A stretch of 64,000 nt of DNA from Epiperipatus broadwayi (GCA_028023455.1 JAQFVV010000002.1:5394001-5458000); one strand, 5' to 3'; shown: positions 1-13,160, numbered from the stretch's first letter. Made by a program: numbers and translations. Notes: generated by a model from the letters alone, not told the origin.

Positions 1-243
1 TGTAACGTTACCGGGTCACCGCAACTTTTTTTTTTTTTTATAGAACATGTTTTTTTTTTGATTAAACAGATATTTATTTCATTTATAACATGATTTCTTT
101 TTTACTAAACAAATTTTTATATTCATTTTCATTGTTTTTTTTTTAACCTGACATTTTTCTTTATCCAACAAATTTTGTAATTTAATTTTGTGTTTATTTT
201 TCTGAATTTTAAAACTTTGGACTGTTTCACAACGACGAAAAAA

Positions 244-985
244 CTTGTTTTAACCCTGCCGAAAAAATATAATGATACAATTATTTGGACTTGTTTCGAC
301 TTTGCTCTATCTTTTTTTCTTTGGTTGACTAAATTGTTTTTCTTCTTCTTATTAAATCAAAAGTAACTTTTGTGTTGTTGGGGGTTCAAAAATTGTTTTG
401 AAACCCCTACCCCCACCCTCAGATCAATAATTGTAACAAAAAGTCAATTTTTCTTTTTTTTAATAAACAACTTTTTTTCACTTTTTACTTTTTTTTTGGC
501 TTCTACAATAAACAGCTTTTTTGAAGGCTTTCATACTGTTATCATTAACAAAAAGTAAACAAAAATAGTCATTTATTTTAATCTCACTTGTTTTAACCCT
601 GCTGAAACAATATAATGCAGTTCTTTGGAAATTGGTTCAAATTTTTTCTACCTTTTTTTTTGGTTGAGCAAATTGTTTTTCTTTTTATTAAATCAAAAGT
701 AACTTTTGTGTTATTTGGGGGTACAAAATTGTTTTGAAACCCCCACCCCCACACTCAGAAAAATAATTGTAACAAAAAGCCAATAATTTCCTTTTTTTTT
801 AAACAACTTTTTCTCACTTTTTACTTTTATTTATATTTCGTTTGAATTACCTTTTTTTTTTTTTTTGGCTTCTACAATAAACTGCTTTTTTTTTTTGGGG
901 GGCGGGGGCTTTCATACTTTGTTATTATTAACAAAAAGTCAACAAAAATAGTCATTTATTTTAACCCCCGCTGAAAAAAGATAAT
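244..985. repeat. Diverged tandem repeat, ~345-370 bp unit (2 full copies plus start of a third)
   Basis: Units at ~244, ~587 and ~955 each open with ...TTAACCC(T/C)..CTGAAA or CCGAAA. The two full units share blocks such as attaaatcaaaagtaacttttgtgtt, ttgttttgaaaccc, ggcttctacaataaac and aacaaaaatagtcatttatttta. Confidence 0.85.
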
Positions 986-3201
986 CCAAATACTTGTCAA
1001 TTTCTAATGAAATAAAAATAAAAAAAAAGGACACAAACTTTGGACTTTTTGAACTTATTATTTTATTGCTGTAATAAAAACAGTCAGGTATTTGGGAGGA
1101 CATTATGTGCCTGAAAAAAGAACACAAATCTCCCTCACTTTCTGTACTCGGCAATTCTGAAAAGTTGAAAAATTGCACGTTTTTCTCAGATCTTTTATTG
1201 GTCTCGTATATTTACCATGCTGAAACATGACTTAGTGCATGAGCTTTGTCGAAGTGTGTTCGAACATACCCTTTGCCAATTTTTTACATATTAATATTTT
1301 TTTAGGGAAGGATGGGGATCATGTGAAAATTATTAGTAATTAACATTATTTAAATATAAATGACATTACTCTATTATGGAGATTTGAAAAGTTGTACCGA
1401 CTTGAAATTAAAACACCCTCAAGCGATACGGTAATCAGTTATAAATAGAACAAATACACGCAAATAGTTTCGAAGCACAAAACAGGCTGTAATATTTTTG
1501 TGCAATGTCATGTAAAGTGGCCTGCCAAATGGATTAATACAATATAAATGTATTAGCCGTAAGAATGGCCGCAAAAACAGCATTTTTATGTGTTTTGACA
1601 CATAAACAACGCCATCAGGCGGCCGTGCCCGGATTTCAGATGATTACCACTTAAAGATTCAAAGCAAACTAAATCTTATTTCTGCTTATATGTACATTCC
1701 CATACAAAAAAGTGTTCTTTAAAATTATCCAATAGATAAGCAATGGCTAGTATCCAGTTATTGGAAAATTCAAACAATCCTACTTCATTTTGACAATATT
1801 TACTCATCAATCCCCACAATAAAGAAGGACAAAAATTATAGTATACAGACTCTTCTCCAAACAGATAGGAGGGGGGAGGAGTGGATAATGAAGCAGCAGC
1901 AGCAGTAGTAGTAATAATGAGAGGAAATCATCAGACATTGTGAAAAATAACTGAAGCATTTTTCAGAAAAAAAACCCATTAATAATGACTGGCAAGTACA
2001 ATTATACCTATTTTTTTTTTTTATTACATTGCAAAGGATATGTTTATAACATTAAAATGTTTTAATTTTAAAATTAACATATACAACTGTGCAATTTATA
2101 AATAAATATTAAAATTACTTAGTTTAAATATATTAAAAATTCTTACTTTTTATTTTTATTTTCATGCTAAATATTGCATTTTCTTAACATGTTTTTTTAA
2201 TGCTATGTTAGCTTTATGGAGCATTTATTTATTTTTTTGAATGTGTTATTAAACTTATTATGAAAATTACATTTTCAACAGATAGATAAAAAAGTCAATA
2301 TGGCATTTTCAGTAGCCAAACATTAAACATCATAAACTGAAATCAAGATAAATTCTCAAATAACAATAATTATTTATAAGAGAAATAATATCACAAATAT
2401 ACACATTATAAAAATGCAAAAATTTTAAAAAATAAAAATGATGAGAGAAAAATATATTTATTTAAAAAAAAAAGAATTGTTTTTGTTTTACTCAGGTTTA
2501 CTGATAGACAGTTATATGCTAGGCAAATAATAATTAAAGCTAAATCTTCATCTATTTTTTCAAAATAACTAAAAGAAGCAATATTATAGAACAAAGCAAT
2601 ATCAATTAGCAAAACCCAAAAATTTTCACTTTCAAGTCCAGTGAAAATATATCATTAATATAAATTAAAAACAAAAAGGATAGAATAGCAATAATAACTT
2701 AATTAATTACATCAAAATACAAAAGATAAATGACTACAGACAAGAGATTTCTATCATAAAAGCTATCAAATTAAAAGGATTAATTACAAAAACAGAACAA
2801 AATAATAAATACTATTAGTCTTGTATACAGCCTATGGCAAAATAAATTTATAATGTTAATAACAATAATAACAACAAAAAATAATAAGTAAAAATAGTTA
2901 CCCTATGATAGAATAATCAGAATTGCAAACATTTTTTATGCAGAGGAAATGATGAATAAACACCAGTAAAAGAATTAAAGGTACTTTGGTATTAGAGCTG
3001 CAATGAAGGGAAGATAGGAGGATTTTTCACACCCATAATAAATGTATAATGTCGCGATGACATCAAATTGAAAGGAAATAATCCCTGCGAGTACACATGA
3101 CAAAATGTGTTTTTCTTTATCAATGTGATCTTTTTTTTGGAATACTTCAACATTTTCAATTATTGTACATATTTCTTTTTGACAACAGCTATATACAATT
3201 G

Positions 3202-3651
3202 TATATTTCCAGTTTTTGTTTCTTTTATTTTGGTTTAATTTGTTTATAAAAAAAAAAGTATGTTTATTAGCATTTCTGTTGAAAATCCCGGTATACTCTG
3301 CAATCACATGCTACATTTTCGGAGGGAAAATTTTTAGTAGAAATCTCCATTTTCAACAAATGAAATGGTTTGTTTCAAGGCAGCAATTCCTGTTATATAT
3401 TACATGGTAGGTATCATATGAGTGTATATATTTCCAGTTTTTGTTTCTTTTATTTTGGTTTAATTTGTTTATAAAAAAAAGAGTACGTTTATTAGCATTT
3501 CTGTTGAAAATCCCGGCACACTCTGCAATCACATGCTACATTTTCGGAAGGAAAATTTTTAGTAGAGATCTCCATTTTCAACAAGTGAAATGATTTGTTT
3601 CAAGGCAGCAATTCCTGTTATATATTACATGGTAGGTATCGTATGAGTGTA
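3202..3651. repeat. Tandem duplication, 2 x 225 bp, high identity
   Basis: 3202-3426 and 3427-3651 both run tatatttccagtttttgtttc...ggtaggtatc(a/g)tatgagtgta, with only scattered substitutions. Confidence 0.95.
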
Positions 3652-3670
3652 CTTAATGTTTTTATAAATA

Positions 3671-4110
3671 TTATTTAAAAACCAAAATCATTTTTACTGT
3701 TTGTTTAGTAACAATTTTTTTGTGTAATGGTATCATTTCATTAAGATCACATTTTTTTTTTTGATTGGGAATGTCATTTTTAAAAGTTATTAGTGTGAGC
3801 AGTCACATGTATAGTTAATATCTTTTTATCAATATTATCTAAAAACCAAAATCATTTACTGTTTGTTTAGTGCATACTTAAACTAACAATTTTTGTTGTG
3901 TAATGCTGTCATTTCATTAAGATCGCAAATCACCCCTTTTTTTTTTTTTGATTTCAAATGTTATTCTTAAAAGTTGTTAGTGTCCAAGTCATACATATTT
4001 GAATGTCTTGTTATTTAAAAACCAACATCATTTACTATTTGTTAACTGCATATTTAAACTAACAATTTTTTTTGTGTAATGCCGTCATTTCATTAAGATT
4101 GCAAATCACA
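3671..4110. repeat. Diverged tandem repeat, ~165-175 bp x 2.5
   Basis: Units start ttat(t/c)taaaaaccaa at 3671, 3835 and 4011; shared aacaattttt..tgtgtaatg..gtcatttcattaagat. Confidence 0.85.
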
Positions 4111-5480
4111 TTATTATGTTTTTACTTTGTTATTTTTAGTCCTGCAACACAGAGCATGTATTAGATCTATTGCATCCTTTTCATATAAGTACCAATCCCC
4201 CCCTCCCCTGATAATTTTGAAAATCTTGCCAAAATATCATGTACAAGATCCATTTACACATTTTTTTTGCCAAAAAACTCGTGTACAAGATCTGTGTACA
4301 TATTATTTTTGTCAGATCCCAAGATTACAAAGTTATCAGCGGATTGATATGAATGTGAACAGGCACAGTAGGTCTTATACATGCTCCATATTGCAGCTCT
4401 AATACTAAAATACCAAATTAAATAATATAATGATATAGTAATTCTGTTATCTATGACTATATTCCAAATTAAAATCTGGTAGCAGTAGTAATAAAATAAT
4501 AAAAGTCAAAATAAAAAAAATCAACTAAGAAATAATAATCAAATTTCAACAGTCAAAAAACCATTTTTTTTTTGTTAAAATGGATCATTTGAACCATAAA
4601 AATATGATTTAATATTGTAATGGTATGCAAAGAAAGAACAACCAATCACCAAGCGGTGATGCCTAACTTTTAGTTAAATCTCTCAAAAATAGTAATAAGA
4701 TTAAGTAAAAATACCTGTCACATGAATAGTATCCATTACTATACCACTAAATGCAAATATCAATATTAATAATAAATTTCAGAAATTATCTAGTATTTAA
4801 ATATTGTATATGTTAATAATTTTATATTCAATACCAATAAAACAGGATATATGTGGCTAGCATGACATTGCAAATGTCAAAGTAATATTTTCACCTACAT
4901 ATTATTTCTCCTACTACTCTAATACTATAAGGACTCTTAGATATCTATATGATACAGTTTCTCAAGTTATGATGGGATACAAATGAGTATTTTAAAAAGT
5001 TCACATGCTAGAAGTGCCAGAACAGTGCATTCCATGCACCTTAAGCTCTAGAGTCTGCCATTTACTATAGAATCAAACAAGCAAGGCAAAAATTAAATGT
5101 TTTAAATATAATAAATTTTAATTAGTTAACATATAATTATAAGGGATTTGTATTAGACTACAAATTGATTCAAAATAGATTTGTAAATTAGTTTTAGAAT
5201 ATTCTGATAAATGAATAATTTATATTCATTCTGAAATGTATCCAATATCACATTACAAGCTTATTTTTAAAAAATGGAAAACTTTTTTTTTTTTTACTTT
5301 TCCTTCATTTTATGCATACTTTAGAAGTGTTAAATAATCTCAAATTTTCATCCTTATAACAAGTAGGAATGTACCAAGTAGGAATGTAAGATTATGAATT
5401 AATTCTGTGATTAATTTTATCTATTGTTTCCACACAAACTTATATTCTTACATGTGATGAGAATAATAAGGAATCAAAAG

Positions 5481-5560
5481 TGAAATACTTGTTTGGGAAA
5501 CTAAAAACAAATATCTTAGACATTATTGAAAGAATTAAGAAATTGAAATAGAACTGGTCT
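5481..5560 (+). mobile_element. RTE-clade LINE fragment (ORF C-terminal region)
   Basis: Translates ILDIIERIKKLK*NWS, matching the RTE C-terminal DII.RIKKLKW.WAGH signature. Confidence 0.55.
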
Positions 5561-7259
5561 ATATTCTATGCTACCTACCTACTAGCCTTCTTACTAAATA
5601 AACAAAGCCTAACAAATGGTTTAATAATTTAACATCCTTACCAAATCATGAGACATATTATTTAAAGCATCCAGTAGGGTACCTTCCTTTTTTTTTGTCT
5701 TAAGAATACATCCAAAAAGGTATATCCCCAATGGCATAGGAATATCAGTACACCCTACATTAAAATATAATTGATATTCCCATGACTTAATATTAACATT
5801 TCTTAAATTACATCTAACTATCATAGTATTTTATATTTATCTATTTGATAAAATAATCCCGTCTTTCTTTGAATAATATTTTATAACCATTAAAATCTCT
5901 GGTCATTGTTATTACTTTTGAAATAAATAACTAAACTAAAACTAAGTTAAAATTATGAACCAATAAAACTCAATATTTATTATAATAAATAAATTCAGAA
6001 ATCATTTCTTATTATTAGGTGTTAAATCTAATTTTATTTTTAATGTAGCATTCTAAATATCAATCTTTAACATCAACTAAATAAAAATTTGTATTATTTA
6101 ACTTTTATATTCACTATAAAATATCTTTAATGATAATAATATCCTTATTATTCATTATTTCATTTAGATTATGTGCAATAATACCTAAATATATTTAATT
6201 ATTATAATGCATGTGTGGTTAGGATGATACATAATGATGTGGATATAACAAGAAAAGAAACTATAAAACCACATTAATAGTTTATTATAGTAACAATATA
6301 AAAGTCAAAAAATTCACAAGTATTATATTTAAAAAAATATATATTTATAAGAGGAGTAAATAATTTGCATATCAAAATTATTTACTGTTATAAAATATCT
6401 TTCACCCTAAACTTTGTAACTATTAAGACATTCCATAATATTTCTATACTAAACATATTAATAATATAAACAATTTATGTGTTGTATTCTACATTTTTTT
6501 TTAAAAAAATTCTTCTATTGTTATTTATTTGCTTTTAATATTCTATAATGACCTCATTATAACTATAACTTGTTATATGTTTTATATTTATTCTTAATTA
6601 TAAAATAAACATTTAATTATTTCAATATTAAGTATGATGTGGTATTCTTTTGTATGATTTCTAATAATGTACATCACAATAAGGCTTTATTGTCATCATC
6701 ACTTTTCATATCATTTCAACATACCTTTATAATTTGATCTGTAAAAATTGTAATATAAAAACATTCCTCAAATCTATTTAACACATTTATTTAATATTTT
6801 ATTTGTTTAATATTTAACTCTTCTTGCATTAACTAAATTCTTAACATCACTTGAGAGTCTATCTATTATTCTTTACTAAACTGTACAATTATCAAATGCG
6901 ATGTAGGGAACAGTGTGATAGTAGTGATTAAAAGTGAGGGATGAGCATCTTTTAGAACTATAAGAAATAATGATAGCATGGATACATAACTTAAGGTCAC
7001 ATTTTTCTTGTATCTACCTTAATTTCTATCTTGGTTTCTCTTTAAGCTCTTACAGATTTATGAAAAAATACTACTGTCCATGTATCACAAAACATATACT
7101 TAATATTGTTTATTAGGATTTTCTAGTAAACAAAAAAAGAGTTAATGTCTATAATTAAACCAGATAGCTATCAATCTGTATTTCATAAAGTAATTGCTTT
7201 AAGAAATTATTGTTATAGAAATAAGAGATTAAATAATTCTAGTGAAGTAACTTTGTTTC

Positions 7260-7960
7260 AAAAAAGGTCAATTTTATAAAGATTATTTGAGTGTTGGATA
7301 CTCTGATAAATTTGTTAAAAGTATTTTATTTAATAGTAATATTTGTAATGATGTAAAGGATAATGAAAAATATGTTTTTATTTCTTTGCTATTTAAATTG
7401 TCTTTTATAAAATTGTATGCAAAAATAGTAATTTGGGAATTTGTTTGGAAATAAGGAAATTGCTTGGAAAAGGGATATTACTTTGAATAATTTATTAAAT
7501 AATATCAAGGCAATTCTTAAAGATTATCCCTGAAGTAGTGTATATTATTCCTTATTTTTGTAAGAAGGTATATATAGATCAGATTAGTTTGAGCTTAAAT
7601 GAAAAAATAAAGGTACATAGAAGTAGGGTTAGAAATAAATATCTTTCTTCTGCTTTATATATTCATGAAAAAAATACAGGTTACACTATTAATTTTGATG
7701 AAGCTAAGGTTCTCTTCTTTGAGAGAAATGAAATTAAAAGAAGAATTAATGAATCTTTATTATTAAAAATTTATGATTCTGAAGCAATTAACTTATTTAA
7801 AAGTTCTTTTAATATTAAGGGTGTATGGGAAGTAAATGGAATTGTGGGTAATGTTTAGCTTAAATATGTTGTTATTTTGTAGTTCTTTACACTTGAGAAG
7901 TCTGCTTGTAGCAGTGAAACCGTTAGTAGTGTTTTAGAGTTTATTTTCTTGGCTAGTCTG
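7260..7960 (+). mobile_element. Penelope-like element 3' fragment with GIY-YIG endonuclease remnant
   Basis: ORF 7538-7858 reads VYIIPYFCKKVYIDQ..SLNEKIKVH..SALYIHEKNTGYTINFDEAKVL..KRRINES, i.e. PLE GIY-YIG (VY.IPC.C.K.YIG.T...HKR..SALA.H...GH.IDF). It is followed by a pLTR-type motif at 7888-7926. Confidence 0.9.
7888..7926 (+). ncRNA. Degenerate PLE-type hammerhead-like motif
   Basis: CTTGAGAAG-t-CTGC-ttgta-GCAG-t-GAAAC-cgtt just downstream of the GIY-YIG stop. Stem II pairs; the core is non-canonical. Confidence 0.45.
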
Positions 7961-9904
7961 GTTGAATTGTGAATTTGAGGTAATTTTGATTATTTAGTGA
8001 TTAGTTTAGCTATACTTTTAATGTTTAGATTGTAATATATATATGCATACCTCTTGCAATTTACCATTACATGAATATAAAAATAATAAATGTCATACAT
8101 ATTTATTTTACCCGAGTTTCAGTTTGCATTATGAAATACCCATATCTTATCATAGTAAATTACATTTATCTTAATCATATATTATTATGATTATTATTGA
8201 TGATACACTAGTTGACATAACTTTTTGACATTGAATTATTTTTACTTAATTTTCTCATCACTGTCATTACATAAACAACTTCAATTTCATTATTACTACA
8301 TTCAGTTACATAAATAAATAATGTGGTCTTTCTACTATTATAGCACCCTTTCCCCCCTCCACTTTGTAACATTCAAATTTAAAATATATAAACTTTTATA
8401 ATCCATTTACATTTTCAAGTTTATAAATCTCAAAAATTGAATTTATTGAATATAATTTTTCCATACTTTTCAATCCAATATGTATCAACACACATATCAA
8501 AGTTAGTTTTTTTAATTCTTAGTAATATGATTCAAATTTTTAAAATAATATTTATGAATCAAAGTTACTTGTCAATTCATATAGTATTTATTCATTTTCA
8601 TCATACTCATAAAATAAATTTATATGCAATTTTTCCTTTTAAAATTCTGCACACATTTAAGTATATATACTCTGCATTATTTTCAAAATATGCAACAATA
8701 ATAACAAAAAATAATCTGATTGGCTTTTTAAATTTAATTAAATACATGAGCGTTAATAGATTCATATATAAATACACACACCATATATACACACTGAAGA
8801 AAGAATAGATAGTTACTAAGAAATGATAAAGATAAATGTATTTGAAATATATAAAATTTAATATAGATTCAAGAATTTGTGCAATTATTATCTAAAATTC
8901 TTTAATTTATTTAATAAACTTACTATTGGCGTAATGTTCAACTGTGATTTTTCAATATCACCCTGTTCAAAAAATTCATCAGCAACTAGCTCTGCCACCT
9001 ATTGAGAAAATATTGAATTTAACTTCACAATAAAATTTCATTTTAATATACAGTATTTAAATATAATATAATCCTTATAATAATACTAAATGTTTGGTTA
9101 TATTAGTACTTGTTTTTTTTTTTATTCATGAAAAATCATACTAATAAAAGAATAAAAAAAATATCACAATAAAAACAAATCTTAATCAATAGATAATTTC
9201 TTTAAAAAAAAATAATTAACTGATAATCAGTAGAGTATGCATTACTTTTTAAAAGAGAAATATATTAAACACTTTAGCTTACTTGCTTTTGAATTTTCCA
9301 GGGCTTAGTGATTGCAGAGACATCACATGCTGTCATTAGCATAGCCCTACATAGCATTAAAGAAATAGTATATGAATTATTTGATTACATATATAATCTC
9401 ATTCTAGTTACAGAATAAATATTATTTTAATATTTAACAGTAAATTATAGTAGCAACTGGCTAAAATAAATCAGATAAAAATGAGCTTTAGATAAAACTA
9501 TTCAACTTTGAATTTTAGATAACTATTCAACTTTAAAAGTATTATTACTTAGAATAACTTTAGAATGGTTTATATGTGTGTACATATATATATAATCAAA
9601 ACTACCCCAAATCCAAAATTCAACCAGACCATCATAAAAATAATATTAAAACACTACCAAAGGTGTCACTGCTACAAGCAGACTTCTCAAGTGTAAAGAA
9701 CTACAAAAACTACACAATATATATATATATAATATTAAACATTACCCACAAATCCATTCACTTCCCATCCACCCTTAATATTAAAAGAACTCTTAAATAA
9801 ATTAATTGCTTCAGAATAATAAATTTTCAATAATAAAGATTCTTTAATTCTTCTTTTGATTTCATTTCTCTCAAAGAAATATATGTACATGCATTACCAT
9901 CAAT

Positions 9905-10145
9905 TATAAAGAAGTAAGCAACAAATTGATTTGGGCTGAACATATTAATAGAAAAAAATGACATGGGCAATTACAGCTTTAAATTAGATCTTGAAAGATT
10001 ATAATAGAGCTAGAAATATGTGAGATGGATGGATAAAATAAAGAAGTTTGCTGATGAGATAGAGAGAAGAGAGTATGGATGAGAAACTGAATTAAATTTA
10101 AGGAGACCATCCTGCAGTGGATTGATAACCATTCAAAATGATAAT
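9905..10145 (+). mobile_element. RTE-clade LINE 3' end
   Basis: KLIWAEHINR (for KLKWAGHIAR) and RWMDKIKKFA; ends cctgcagtggattgataac, shared with copies at 12860 and 27800. Confidence 0.7.
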
Positions 10146-10948
10146 AATCTACATTAGATTTTAATTAGTTCAAACTATTTTTCTCAATTGTTGTTTGTGA
10201 CTAAAAATTAAAATAAATCTCAATACTCTTTGTCTTCATTATAAATAACTGAATAATTAAGAATAACCAGTCTTGTAAAAAAAGATTGAAGTTAGCTTTC
10301 ATGTATTTTATGGTACTGGAATTTGAATATAATAATAATTTATAAAATTATTATTATATTATCTTTTTAAACTATAACAATTATTTACTGACTTGTTACA
10401 TAAGAGTGGGCCTATTATTTAAATAAATAAATAAATCTTATGCAGATAATAGGTTTGTCAAGAATGTATTTTATATAATAAATTTTATTAACAGTGAAGA
10501 CATATCTGCTGTATGGAAAGTAAAATATATTGTAAACAAAAAATAACAATAAAACTCATAAATTATATTTTTTAAGCAATAAAATGAAAATTATTGATTT
10601 AGTAGTGGAAGAAAATAAATGCAAAACATTTCTGTACTTCACCAGAAAGCTTAAAATTTGAAGATTTTAATCAAGAATTTGAAATGTGTAATAGCAAGTA
10701 GGACTACTGCATAATTCCAAAACCAATTCAGACTTTTAAAAATATCAAAACAAATTAGAAAGGCCATACTTTGCTGATAACAAAACTATTATATTTTCAT
10801 ATGAGAAGAAAAATCACTGAAATTATTAATAACTACAATATTATTTTTTAAAATTTTGTTTGTACTATAATTTTAATTTATATGTGTATACTTTACATAT
10901 AAAAAGCATTTGTTTCAGCAGTATGTTGCTTCATATCTTTATACTATT

Positions 10949-11069
10949 TATTATAAGCTTTAGTAACTAATAGATGACAAATGATTGTGCTCAATAAATC
11001 CCTACCCAATGCTATTCTATTTAATATTCTCAAACTAGTTTCAAGCTTATGTCTTTCATCAGTGAGAAT
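10949..11069 (-). ncRNA. HHR repeat family A, copy 1 (intact catalytic core)
   Basis: Minus strand 11069-11026: ATTCTCA CTGATGA AAG-acataag-CTT GAAA C-TA-G TT TGAGAAT. This gives a 7-bp helix I, a paired helix II, palindromic ACTAGT helix III and a GUU triplet. The ~80-nt 3' tail is shared with copies 2 and 3. Confidence 0.8.
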
Positions 11070-11131
11070 TTTGAATCTTGAAACAGTGCACTTGACCTTT
11101 AAAATATCAAACTTCAGCTTACTCATTATTG

Positions 11132-11248
11132 TTACTCATGAAAACCATAAGCTTGAAACTAGTTTGGGTAAACTGGGTAGAATAGCACTGGATAGGGATT
11201 TATTAAGCACTCTCATCTGGCATTTATTAGTTACTAAAGCTTACAATA
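11132..11248 (+). ncRNA. HHR repeat family A, copy 2 (core partly deleted)
   Basis: TTACTCA-[ctga lost]-TGA AAAC cataa GCTT GAAA CTAG TT TGGGTAA. Inverted relative to copy 1 across a ~60-bp spacer. Confidence 0.7.
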
Positions 11249-11562
11249 CATGACTTAAAAATGTGGAAAAAAAAAGAAGCTAAAACAGCAAGGAATAAAC
11301 TGAATTCATATGATATTTTATTAAATTTATACCAATTGTGGTCATAAGATTAAAGTGTATATAGTTGTACAAGAAATAAGGACATCATAATATATAGATA
11401 CTGAACTGATTTCAGATCTATATGATCAAGTTTGCTTAAATTGAAAACACTTATAAGTTTCTCAATTTAAGCTGATGGTTAAAAAGAGTTACATGATGGA
11501 TCCTAGAAAGAAAGTGCATTGGATCCTAAATGTCCAAATGTGCTTTTCCAAGATCCTAACCC

Positions 11563-11681
11563 TCTTCACTGATAAAAGCCATAAACTTGACCCTAGTCTG
11601 GAAATAGGGATAGAACAGCACTGAATAATGATTAATTAAGCACTATCATCTGATATCTATTAGTATATAAAGCTTATAATA
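11563..11681 (+). ncRNA. HHR repeat family A, copy 3 (mutated core)
   Basis: TCTTCA CTGATAA AAGC cataa ACTT GACC CTAG TC TGGAAA, followed by the same tail ending taaagcttataata. Confidence 0.65.
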
Positions 11682-12859
11682 GAAATCCTAAGTGTCAAGA
11701 AAAGATATGCTACTGACATGTTAGTCATGTTAAACATCATCTATATTATATAATATGTGTGTGCTGAAAAATAGTGTAAATTTGTTCAATAAACAATACT
11801 TATTCTATTATAATCAAAGCTTATTAATAAAATATGAGCTATTATATGTGACATGATTCAAATGAGGAAAGTTTGGGACAAAACATAGCAGATATCAAGG
11901 TTCCACAGTATACTATAAAATATATTTTTAAAATTTAATTGAAGTGCAAAAATATTGGTGAATTTAAAATACTCTATAGAAGTAGTGTTGAGAGACTAAA
12001 TCAAATAGCAGATATATAAAAATTTAAATAAAAATCCTACAATCTAAGAATCAGTCTGTGTTTATTTATTTATTTTTTTTTTTAAAACACACATTAACAA
12101 TACAACTTTATTTTTATATAATTTGGTAATATATATAAATCTAAGTTTAGGATTATATTAATTTAACCATACTGATACATGATTAAAAAGAACATACTGA
12201 ATATAGGCTATATATCACTGTATAAATTAACCTACCTTCCTACTACCCAACCATCCATCTCCCTACCTATCTAACTACCTACTCACTGCCCCCCTATCCA
12301 TTCCCTTACCTACCTACCTATATATTGCGCTATTTATATTATATAAGCAACTCTATTTTGCAATTAATTCAATCTCTAGATTCTTATGAAGTAAAACTTC
12401 AGTAGAAATGCTAAAATAACATATATTCCAAAACCTAATATCTTTCAGAATTATTATATTGAAATTTGAACTTTTATATACTAGCTTTCATGTTTAAATA
12501 TAAAATGACAATCAAATATTATTATGAATTTGACAAATATTCTAATTCCAAAAGTTTCATAATACTAATCATATGAAAAACTTTTGTAGATTTATTTAAT
12601 ACCCCCCCCCCCCCAACACTACAAAAATAATTTTCATATAAAAAATTTCTTCATTTTTCAATAATCATTTAATGAATTTTATTAAATAACTTGACAGATA
12701 AAATATTAAAAGTTTATTATGAATAAGAAGTTCATTTCAATTATAATCTGAGAAAAACAAAATGTCAAGTAATTAAATTAAAAAAATCAATATGTGATTG
12801 TGTGGAGAATTTGTAGTTTATGCATTGATTTGTATAATCTTTGTAAGTTTTTATCATTT

Positions 12860-13160
12860 TCAACCATTATTGATCCACTGCAAGATGGAAAAGGTCTAAG
12901 TTTAATTCATTTTCTTTGATGATAGCCTCTGCAAATCATACCAGAAAACGTCCTAGTTTCATTCATTCACCTCATAAGTGATTTCTTTCTAGATCTTTTA
13001 TCTTTTGGGATACAATTTAATCTTGTAACAGTCATTCTTAATTTACTGTTCTGACTTTCTTTTTTTCTGGAGTTAGAATGGTCATATTTATATATGACTG
13101 GATTAAACTTCAGCTGTAAATAGCTAATCATTAAATTAGACCTCTCTAGCATCTCCCCAC
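12860..13160 (-). mobile_element. RTE-clade LINE 3' end
   Basis: Minus strand VTRLNCIPKDKRSRKKSLMR*MNETRTFSG (RTE W.P...KR.RGRP..RW.DEI..FAG); ends cttgcagtggatcaataatgg like the 10.1-kb copy. Confidence 0.65.

Larger units (their letters stand above)
2979..4417. mobile_element. Non-autonomous TIR element flanked by TTAA (Kolobok-like), carrying internal tandem arrays
   Basis: TTAA at 2975-2978 and 4418-4421. Left end aggtactttggtattagagctgcaat versus reverse complement of right end (ttt)ggtattttagtattagagctgcaat, about 24/26 identical. A TTAA target with a purine-purine start fits Kolobok rather than piggyBac (CCC start). Confidence 0.55.

Noticed and set aside
1200-1655. Right end of a Kolobok/THAP-type element (cgccatc...ttaccac-TTAA)
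   Set aside because: CpG-rich and TE-like, but there is no partner TIR in the window and the end does not begin with two purines; it cannot be assigned.
12230-12320. (CCTA)-like C-rich tract, plus scattered CA, TA and poly-C/A/T runs
   Set aside because: Ordinary low-complexity microsatellites; not telomeric repeats and no higher-order pattern.
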